A DNA stretch of 64,000 bases from Halarcobacter sp. (GCA_963676565.1 OY781089.1:608001-672000), one strand, 5' to 3'; shown: positions 20,436-27,400, numbered from the stretch's first letter. The notes: a model not told the origin generated them from the sequence alone. Numbers and translations are program-made.

Positions 20436-20545
20436 GTAAGTCCTTAGTAATAAATAAAGAAAATATTACGTATTATTGTTAAATTTTACTTAAAAGAAAA
20501 TATTATAAATATATAAATTTGTTATTAATAGATATTATATAAAGA

Positions 20546-20620
20546 TGGTGGTCGTAACTGGATTTGAACCAGTGACCACCACCATGTCAAGGTGGCACTC
20601 TACCACTGAGTTATACGACC
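20546..20620 (-). tRNA. trnV: tRNA-Val(GAC), integrase-proximal copy (att repeat)
   Basis: Cloverleaf GGTCGTA...CCACC-TTGACAT-GGTGG...TTCAAATC...TACGACC-ACCA with encoded CCA. Confidence 0.95.
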
Positions 20621-20654
20621 AGTTCGACGTTTGGTAGACTGTAAGTACTAAAGG

Positions 20655-20676
20655 TACACACAAACGATACACAAAA
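20655..20676 (+). repeat. 22-bp direct repeat, left copy; putative integrase arm-type site
   Basis: TACACACAAACGATACACAAAA, identical at 26849-26870. Confidence 0.8.
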
Positions 20677-20708
20677 GGGCTTCAAGAATAAACACTTGGA
20701 GTTATTTT

Positions 20709-21923
20709 ATGAGCACGACCCTATCATATTTGAAGTCATCAACTAATGGCTTTTTTAAGTATAGAAGAAGAACCCCTAAACTACTTGAAGAGATTATAGG
20801 TTCAAGAGAAGTAATTAAAGCCCTAGGAACAAATGAAACTCAAGCTATTACTAAAGCAATAAAACTTAATAACCTCATCAATGAAGCTGTTGAGTTAAGT
20901 AAGATACAGTCTATACCTAAAGAGACTATTATAGAGTTACTAAAGAGTGAACTAAAGTTAACCACAAAGAAAACAAAAGAACAGAAAAAGAAACTATCAT
21001 ATTTCATTAAGTTATATCTTGAGCAATCTAATGTGACAGATAAAGAGTATAGATATAGAGAGTATTTCTTTAATGAATACTTACCATTACTTATAGAGGT
21101 TTTATTCAAGAAAAGAGATTTAGATATAGAAGAACTTACTTACGACAAGCTCTTAAAGATAAGAACATTATTTATGAAGCTACCTAGTAGGAACTTTTAT
21201 AAGTATAGAGTTGTAAATCAACTAGAGTTAGTCTCAAAGGTCAATAAAGGGACTCTAAAGATAGCTAAAGAACATTTACTATCAGAAGATACAATAAACA
21301 AGAACCTAAAGAGGATAAAGTCACTACTATTTTTTGCAAAAGAACTTAATTGCTATAGTCATAACATACCTAAAACACTTGTAATCAATCGTAAAGGAGA
21401 TACCTCATCAAGAGGAGAGAAAGCAATACTAACAAAGGATGACCTAGAGATTGTCTTTAGTCACACTAATGATGACCTTAAGTACCTATATGAAGTATCT
21501 TATTACTCAGGGATGAGAAGGTCAGAGTTGTATAAATGTAATATAGTAGACTATGAAGGTGTCTTATGCTTTGACCTAAAGAACATTACAGAAAGACTAA
21601 AGACAAGTTCAAGTTATAGACTTATTCCTATCCATAGTAAGTTACTTTATAGAATAAATGAGTTTAAGGACATTATAGAGAATACTAAAGCTGGCTGGAT
21701 TAGTAATAGTTTTAGTAGATTAGTTAAGAGGTCATTTAAAGATACAAAAGGCAAGTCTTTATATTCACTAAGACATACATTTGCTACTAATCTTATAGCC
21801 AATAAAGTTAATCCTGAGGTTATATCTGAACTTATGGGACACTCACACTCTACAATGACTATGAGTAGATATGTTAAAGGTTACCCTATTGAAACCCTTA
21901 GAGAGGCTATAGAATGTCTATAG
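20709..21923 (+). CDS. Tyrosine recombinase/integrase with N-terminal arm-binding-like domain
   Basis: YSGMRRSE (R), LKT (K), YSLRHTFAT, LMGH, MSRY; N-terminal YRRRTP...KALGT. Confidence 0.95.
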   Translation: MSTTLSYLKSSTNGFFKYRRRTPKLLEEIIGSREVIKALGTNETQAITKAIKLNNLINEAVELSKIQSIPKETIIELLKSELKLTTKKTKEQKKKLSYFIKLYLEQSNVTDKEYRYREYFFNEYLPLLIEVLFKKRDLDIEELTYDKLLKIRTLFMKLPSRNFYKYRVVNQLELVSKVNKGTLKIAKEHLLSEDTINKNLKRIKSLLFFAKELNCYSHNIPKTLVINRKGDTSSRGEKAILTKDDLEIVFSHTNDDLKYLYEVSYYSGMRRSELYKCNIVDYEGVLCFDLKNITERLKTSSSYRLIPIHSKLLYRINEFKDIIENTKAGWISNSFSRLVKRSFKDTKGKSLYSLRHTFATNLIANKVNPEVISELMGHSHSTMTMSRYVKGYPIETLREAIECL

Positions 21924-21929
21924 TCTCTT
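21901..21929 (+). other. 13-bp RNA hairpin over the integrase stop codon
   Basis: AGAGGCTATAGA-ATG-TCTATAGTCTCT, with G.U pairs. Confidence 0.55.
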
Positions 21930-21985
21930 ATAGAGGTTAGGTTAATCAATGTCACTAAGACCAATAAAATACAAAGGATAAAACA

Positions 21986-22261
21986 ATGATGTATATTGAA
22001 TTAGAAAGTATAGGACAAATGTTAAGAGTTGTAGATGGTAGTCTATGTATTGGAAATGAGGATGGTGAAGGAGTTTATGTAGATGAGCTTAGAAGCTCTA
22101 AAGGTAGAGAAATATACAAAAAGGTTAGTGAGTTAGAAAAAGAGCTTGTAGGTGCCCTTACAGAGCTTAAAGATATTGCTATTGATAAGGTAAAAAGAAA
22201 TGAGTTAGAGGGAGTTATAGAAGGCTTAGAGGCAGACTTTAAGAGTCTAATTGATTTTTAA
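21986..22261 (+). CDS. Hypothetical phage-like protein (91 aa)
   Basis: AAAGGA SD; C-terminal amphipathic helix. Confidence 0.7.
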   Translation: MMYIELESIGQMLRVVDGSLCIGNEDGEGVYVDELRSSKGREIYKKVSELEKELVGALTELKDIAIDKVKRNELEGVIEGLEADFKSLIDF

Positions 22262-22302
22262 ATGAAAACATATATAATAATATTTATTTTTAAGGAGAAG
22301 AC

Positions 22303-22659
22303 TTGGACAAATATTTAAGTATTGTACTTCCAATATTATCTGCATTAGTTATTTATTATACCTTCACTAAAAATAATGAAAATGAGGATAATAAAATATT
22401 AATCACAGAGTTTAATGGGCAAAAAGTTATTTTAGCTAACTGGAGTAAAGATAAATATATAAGAAGTGGCTATTATAAAGGACATTGTTATGTTTTTCCT
22501 ATTGAACATAAAGTGACATATCAATATGTAAATACAGAATATAAAGATTTACTAGCAAAAGAAAATATGATTGGACTAAAAGAAAGTAGTAGAGATTGTT
22601 TTTCTAGAGTTAGATTATTATATGATAAACCTAACGAACTAAAACCTATGAAGTTTTAA
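22303..22659 (+). CDS. Hypothetical N-terminally membrane-anchored protein (118 aa)
   Basis: AAGGAG SD with TTG start; one hydrophobic segment; more AT-rich than its neighbours. Confidence 0.65.
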   Translation: MDKYLSIVLPILSALVIYYTFTKNNENEDNKILITEFNGQKVILANWSKDKYIRSGYYKGHCYVFPIEHKVTYQYVNTEYKDLLAKENMIGLKESSRDCFSRVRLLYDKPNELKPMKF

Positions 22660-22701
22660 CTTCTAAGATAACTGTTCAGTTCAAAGCTTATCTACTTACT
22701 T

Positions 22702-22743
22702 AAAGAAAAGAGGTCTGTAAGTCCACTTTACAGCTCTTCTTTT
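22702..22743 (+). terminator. Hairpin with T tract upstream of the tandem promoter-like motifs
   Basis: AAAAGAG..CTGTAA-GTCCACT-TTACAG-CTCTTCTTTT. Confidence 0.5.
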
Positions 22744-22810
22744 AATTTACCCTAATACTTTTATTACCTAACAACTAAAAAGCCTTGTAGCCTCCTCACA
22801 GAATATTTAT

Positions 22811-22904
22811 TAAAGATAACGACCTATAGGAGAGGACTTAATTTAGCAATCTCAGCAAATCCCTTAATTAAGGCTTTTTCTTAAGAGTGCCACCTATAGG
22901 AGGA
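22811..22904 (+). promoter_or_regulatory. Tandem T7-like phage RNA polymerase promoter-like motifs
   Basis: ACCTATAGGAG at 22822 and 22892 (70 bp apart), each preceded by a TTAA AT-rich block. Confidence 0.5.
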
Positions 22905-22974
22905 AAACCAAGAATGGACACTCTAGGAATAAACTATCTAAAAACTAAAATCAAAATCATAAAAGGAGGTTCAG

Positions 22975-23454
22975 ATGAACAACAATCAAACACAACTAAA
23001 AGAAGTTGTAATGTTTACTGATGGCTCTTGTTTAGATAATGGTAGAAATGGAACTGGAGGATACTGTGCATTACTACAGACACCAAACAAGAAACATCAA
23101 AAGATAATTAAAGGTAGTGAGTTAGATACTACGAACAATCGTATGGAGATAACAGCTATCATAGAAGGGCTTAAGGCAATTAAAAAGCCTTCTAAAGTTA
23201 CAGTTTATAGTGACTCAAACATCACTGTAAGAGCTATTAATGAATGGCTTGAAAGATGGATAAGGAAGAACTTTAGGAAGGTTGCTAATGTTGACCTTTG
23301 GAAAGAGTATTTAGAGGTATCAGCTAAACATCAAGTTAAGGCTATATGGGTTAAAGCTCATAGTGGTATTTATGAGAATGAACTTGTAGATGATATAGCT
23401 AGAAGTGAGGCTATGAAGTTGCATGGCAAGAGAGGTATTCATTATGGGTACTAA
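22975..23454 (+). CDS. Ribonuclease HI (element-borne)
   Basis: FTDGSC, TTNNRME, YSDS, NVDLW, WVKAHSG, NELVD; AGGAGG SD. Confidence 0.95.
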   Translation: MNNNQTQLKEVVMFTDGSCLDNGRNGTGGYCALLQTPNKKHQKIIKGSELDTTNNRMEITAIIEGLKAIKKPSKVTVYSDSNITVRAINEWLERWIRKNFRKVANVDLWKEYLEVSAKHQVKAIWVKAHSGIYENELVDDIARSEAMKLHGKRGIHYGY

Positions 23455-24694
23455 GATTACTATAATTGATGGAGTATGTGGCTCAGGAAAGAGTCAAGGT
23501 ATTATAAAACAAATGAAAGAACAAAGCTATAAGAAGTGGATTTGTTTTACTCAGTTCATTAGTGAATGTCATAGATACGCTGGAACTCAACCTATATCTA
23601 AGAAGAATGATGAACCAAAGAGAAGGAAAGATGGAACTTTAATCTATGATGAACCATCAGAGTTTAACTGTTCAGAGCTAGAGTTCAAACATCCACTGAG
23701 AAAAGGTAGAGGTCAGAAGAAAGAGGACTTAATAGAACTCCTTAAACAAAGAGAAAACATAGTTACAACCCATCAAATGCTTACAAACATAGGTTCAGAT
23801 GTACAAGAGTTAATCTCTGAGTTGTCTTATGTAGCTGTACTTGATGAAGTTGTAGACCCTATACAAGAGTATAAGATTACATCAAACAACAAAAAGGAAC
23901 TCTTTGAGCATGAGTATGTCTATCTATCTGATGATGGAGTGACCTTATGTTGGAACTATGAGAAATACCCTGATAGAAAGAAGGGAGATAACTTCTACAA
24001 AGAGAAACAGTTGATTGATAGTGGAAACTTAATCCTTTTAGATGGTAGTATTTATCTGTGGGAAATGTCAGAGAGTCTCTTCAACTCATTTACAGAGGTT
24101 TACATACTTACATATCAGTTTGAAGGTTCTCCATTGATGTGGTTCTTTAAAGCTAAAGGGATAAAGTATGAAGTACACTATAAACCTAAAGCTAATGTAA
24201 AGTATGGAGACCTAATCAATATCATTGAAGATGAAAGACTAAACTCTATTGGAGATAGTCCCAACTTCTTATCTTCAAACCGAACTAGAAAGTTATCTCA
24301 AGGAGAAATAAGAGACCTTAAAGCTAATCTAAACCATCTAAGAAAAAGAGTATGGAATGATGGGGAAGATAGAATGTGGACTTGTTTAGGTAGTGCTAAA
24401 GATGACTTAGGTGTTAATGGGTGGAAGAAAGGATTTGTACCATTCAACATTAGGGGCTCTAATGACTATAGACAAGTTAAGAACTGTGCTTACTTGTTCA
24501 ATGTATTTCTAAACCCAAACATCACTAAGTACTTTAGTAAGTATGATGTGACAGTTGATGAAGATACTTATGCTCTTAACAGTTTACTTCAATGGTTGTT
24601 TAGGTCTAGGCTAAGAGATGGTAAGTCAGTTAGTGTCTATATCCCCTCAAAGAGGATGAGGGAACTACTTAAAGAGTGGTGTAGACATAACTAA
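23444..24694 (+). CDS. Compact SF2-like P-loop helicase/replication protein; probable start 23444
   Basis: Walker A DGVCGSGKS, VTTH, Walker B VLDEV, ILTY, motif VI-like QWLFRSRLR; overlaps the RNase H stop. Confidence 0.7.
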   Translation: MGTKITIIDGVCGSGKSQGIIKQMKEQSYKKWICFTQFISECHRYAGTQPISKKNDEPKRRKDGTLIYDEPSEFNCSELEFKHPLRKGRGQKKEDLIELLKQRENIVTTHQMLTNIGSDVQELISELSYVAVLDEVVDPIQEYKITSNNKKELFEHEYVYLSDDGVTLCWNYEKYPDRKKGDNFYKEKQLIDSGNLILLDGSIYLWEMSESLFNSFTEVYILTYQFEGSPLMWFFKAKGIKYEVHYKPKANVKYGDLINIIEDERLNSIGDSPNFLSSNRTRKLSQGEIRDLKANLNHLRKRVWNDGEDRMWTCLGSAKDDLGVNGWKKGFVPFNIRGSNDYRQVKNCAYLFNVFLNPNITKYFSKYDVTVDEDTYALNSLLQWLFRSRLRDGKSVSVYIPSKRMRELLKEWCRHN

Positions 24695-24701
24695 AACTAC
24701 T

Positions 24702-25000
24702 AATGGACACAAAGTGTGAAGCTAAAAGTGTCCAATATGAAAGTTAAACCCCTATTGATGGTATCTACAGAGGTTTATCTGTAAAGAACAACAATCTTAA
24801 ATACTTTAAGTAGAGACTAACGGATAACTTTACTTGATGGTTAATCTAGATGACCTATAAATTAATTAATATAGAAATGAGTTTAGGTTAAAGGTATAGT
24901 AGTCCTAAATGTAGCGCTATAACTAGACCTTAATCTCATTTCTAAACAATCATAAGCTTAGAGTCAATACTTAAGAGATGACTATAGATTGACTTTAAGT
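24702..25000 (+). other. Structured non-coding region (inverted repeat and two long hairpins); candidate origin or RNA element
   Basis: TGGACAC/GTGTCCA 24704-24734; stems 24872-24944 and 24956-25000. Confidence 0.45.
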
Positions 25001-25059
25001 AACTACTTCACTACGTGTGTCTTTTATACTATCTATTCTATTTCTTAATATTAATTCAT

Positions 25060-25899
25060 TTAATCCTCTAAAGTCTTTTTTTGTCTATATTTAGAAATTA
25101 ATATAGTTGCGACTATTGAACTTCCAACTCCTAAAATAAAACTTAATGCATTTTGTAATAGTATGTCATACCAAGATTGTGATTTAATAGCCTCTTTAAA
25201 AGACTCAATTTGTTGTTCAGTAAGCTTTTCTAATTCTTTTGCCTTATTATATTCTTGTTCAATTATTTTCTTTGCTTTTTGTGTTTTCTGCATATCTTCT
25301 TTAATATCATTTAGTTGAACCTCTAAGTCTTTTAGATTTCCTATTGCAAGTTCTACATTTTGTATTTTTTTCTCTAAAGTTGGTTTTTGGATTTTTAAAG
25401 TAAAAGAAAATAATAAAAGTAAAACTGAAATAATTGATACAAAAGAAGAAATAGTTAATATTCTATTTTGTGTTAAAGAACGTTTTTTTGCTACTTTAAT
25501 CTGTTTAATATTTATTTTATCATTTTTAGTTAAAGTAATAAGTTCTTCTACATCTACTATCTTTATTTTTGCAATTGATAAAGCATTCTTTTCAACTTCC
25601 TTTTTTAATAAATCATCAGCTCTTTTTGTTAATTTTCCTGATGTTATCAATATAAAAACTTTAATTTTAGGAGTAAGTGAAAGTAACTTAAAAAAGATTT
25701 TAATATAATCAATATCAATACTCTTATGATGTTTAATTTCTATAGCAACTGTTCCATTATTTGCAATTAAGTCAAAACTGCCATCTAAGTTATACTCATA
25801 ATTATAAACATCAGGAGCAATATTTTTAATATTACTTAAACAAAAATCTTCAAACTCTTCTCCAGTTAATGCATATAAATCTTCTTTTGTGTATTTCAT
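25060..25899 (-). CDS. Mrr-like PD-(D/E)xK endonuclease domain + TM + coiled coil + TM (putative defence cargo)
   Basis: GEEFEDF, DGSFD, IEIK, ILITSGKLT, IKIVDVEEL; two hydrophobic segments flanking a heptad-rich region; own TATAAT and GGAG SD. Confidence 0.7.
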   Translation of the reverse strand: MKYTKEDLYALTGEEFEDFCLSNIKNIAPDVYNYEYNLDGSFDLIANNGTVAIEIKHHKSIDIDYIKIFFKLLSLTPKIKVFILITSGKLTKRADDLLKKEVEKNALSIAKIKIVDVEELITLTKNDKINIKQIKVAKKRSLTQNRILTISSFVSIISVLLLLFSFTLKIQKPTLEKKIQNVELAIGNLKDLEVQLNDIKEDMQKTQKAKKIIEQEYNKAKELEKLTEQQIESFKEAIKSQSWYDILLQNALSFILGVGSSIVATILISKYRQKKTLED

Positions 25900-26112
25900 T
25901 TATTCTCCAATTATAACTATAAGTATTATAACTTTTAGACTCTTAATAATTTATACTTTATTTTAAGATTATTGTAGCGAAGAGGCTCCTATAAGTGACA
26001 CCATAGAGACACTTATGACACAGTTGAAGATGACTGGAACTGTTCAAGAAACTCATGTGTGAGTGATTACAGTAGCTCTTATAGTAGTACAAGTGATTTC
26101 TAGGAGGTGACT

Positions 26113-26346
26113 ATGAAAATATTAGAGATTGTAGATAAAAAGATAGCTGAACTTGAAGCAGAAGTTAAATACTTTGAGGAGTCATTTGAAGGATGGCATG
26201 AAGAGATTGAGAAGGAAGGTTACCCTATTGCTGGAGATTTCTTTGGTCATTCTGATGACTGCTTTGATATGGGTATAGAGTATGGTGAAGGTCTAAAAGC
26301 TAGAGAGACTTTAACGTTTTTGAAGAAACTTAGAGGAGGTGAATAA
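26113..26346 (+). CDS. Hypothetical acidic phage-like protein; probable ATG start at 26113
   Basis: AGGAGG SD; TAATG coupling to the next gene. Confidence 0.65.
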   Translation: MKILEIVDKKIAELEAEVKYFEESFEGWHEEIEKEGYPIAGDFFGHSDDCFDMGIEYGEGLKARETLTFLKKLRGGE

Positions 26347-26813
26347 TGGAGTTAATTAAAGTAGATATTAGTGAAGAAGTTGTAGTAGAGGTTCAGCCAC
26401 ACGAAGAGCATGAATGGTTGTTGTCAAGTAAAGATGTGGCTGAGGGTTATGGTTTGAGTGCTAGTGGTTTGAGAATGACTAAAAAGAGATACTCAGATGA
26501 ACTAGAAGAAGGTGTACATTTTATCAATGTCACAAATAGTGATATTGGTGGCAGACCCTCAGTTTATTGGACTAAAGAAGGTGTAGTAATGTTAGGGTTC
26601 TTCATTAAGACACCTACAGCTAAAGAGTTTAGAAGATGGGCTTCAAACTTTATTGTTGAGAAGAGTAAAGAACCAAAAGCTCCAGCTGTACCTCAGACAT
26701 ACCTAGAGGCACTTCAAGCTCACTTAGAGTCAGTACAACAACTTGAAGAGGCTAATAAGGTAATTGCTTTACAAAAAATAGTAAAAATATCTGAAAGGAC
26801 ATATACGTATTAG
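26346..26813 (+). CDS. Phage antirepressor-like DNA-binding protein (ORF6N/BRO-N-like), apparently lacking its C-terminal domain
   Basis: DVAEGYG, ELEEGVHF, WTKEGVVMLGFFIKTPTAKEFRRWA, linker PQTYLEAL. Confidence 0.7.
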   Translation: MELIKVDISEEVVVEVQPHEEHEWLLSSKDVAEGYGLSASGLRMTKKRYSDELEEGVHFINVTNSDIGGRPSVYWTKEGVVMLGFFIKTPTAKEFRRWASNFIVEKSKEPKAPAVPQTYLEALQAHLESVQQLEEANKVIALQKIVKISERTYTY

Positions 26814-26848
26814 AGCAGATTAATTTTCCCCCGTAGGGTATCAAAAGA

Positions 26849-26900
26849 TACACACAAACGATACACAAAAATGCAAAAGGTACACAAAAAAGTGTGTATC
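26849..26900. repeat. Right-hand cluster of putative integrase arm-type sites
   Basis: 22-bp repeat copy, an extra GGTACACAAAA (26879) and an inverted GTGTGTATC (26892). Confidence 0.75.
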
Positions 26901-26993
26901 ATTCAGCTATAATTAAGTTTTTGTTAAGATTGTAAATGTTAAAGTTTTGGACTTGAAAGTCCTATTTGAAGGTATCTAGGAGTCAATCTTAAG

Positions 26994-27068
26994 TGGTGGT
27001 CGTAACTGGATTTGAACCAGTGACCACCACCATGTCAAGGTGGCACTCTACCACTGAGTTATACGACC
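26994..27068 (-). tRNA. trnV: tRNA-Val(GAC), copy retaining the host upstream region
   Basis: Identical to 20546-20620; -10-like GATAAT upstream at 27082-27087 (minus strand). Confidence 0.95.
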
Positions 27069-27097
27069 AAAAGAGTGAAATATTATCTTATTAGAAC

Positions 27098-27400
27098 TTA
27101 AATACTTAAATCATGCAGTTCACTAAATAAAAAAGCTTCTACAATCTCATCAATACTTCTTTGTTTTGGCGCAACTAAAATTGCAATACCTTCTTCTTGG
27201 AATTGCCATACATATTCAGCATCATTGATTACAACTACTGTTTCAACGAAAGCTTGAATATCATTTCTATCCTTATAAAACTTACAACTTGAAATTTGTC
27301 CTTCATCTAACTCTACAAAAGCCCAATATGATGACACGTCAAGTGTTGTAATAATAGCTTCGTGCCTTTTATTACTATCAACAGGGATTAATAAATTCAT
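27098..27400 (-). CDS. Hypothetical protein, possibly NifX/NifB-like fold
   Basis: LLIPVD N-terminus, size and AAAGGA SD; fold assignment is weak. Confidence 0.5.
   Translation of the reverse strand: MNLLIPVDSNKRHEAIITTLDVSSYWAFVELDEGQISSCKFYKDRNDIQAFVETVVVINDAEYVWQFQEEGIAILVAPKQRSIDEIVEAFLFSELHDLSI

Larger units (their letters stand above)
20546..27069. mobile_element. ~6.45-kb integrative element (putative phage satellite or T7-island-like) at tRNA-Val(GAC)
   Basis: 76-bp perfect direct repeats 20546-20621/26994-27069; integrase next to one repeat; arm-type repeats; phage-like genes; distinct oligonucleotide usage. Confidence 0.92.

Noticed and set aside
22914..23021. 35-aa ORF (MDTLGINYLK...) after AGGAGG, overlapping the RNase H start
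   Set aside because: The apparent SD is part of the promoter-like motif, the ORF overlaps RNase H out of frame, and it has no recognisable features; not called.
22975..25020. Retron or other RT-based system (RNase H plus structured non-coding region)
   Set aside because: No reverse transcriptase (no YADD-type ORF) in the element or the window.
20651..26900. CRISPR array from the TACACA repeats
   Set aside because: Only a few short units with no regular spacers and no cas genes; no CRISPR array seen anywhere in the window.
20546..27069. Complete prophage or ICE
   Set aside because: No structural, terminase, lysis, relaxase or T4SS genes, and it is too small.
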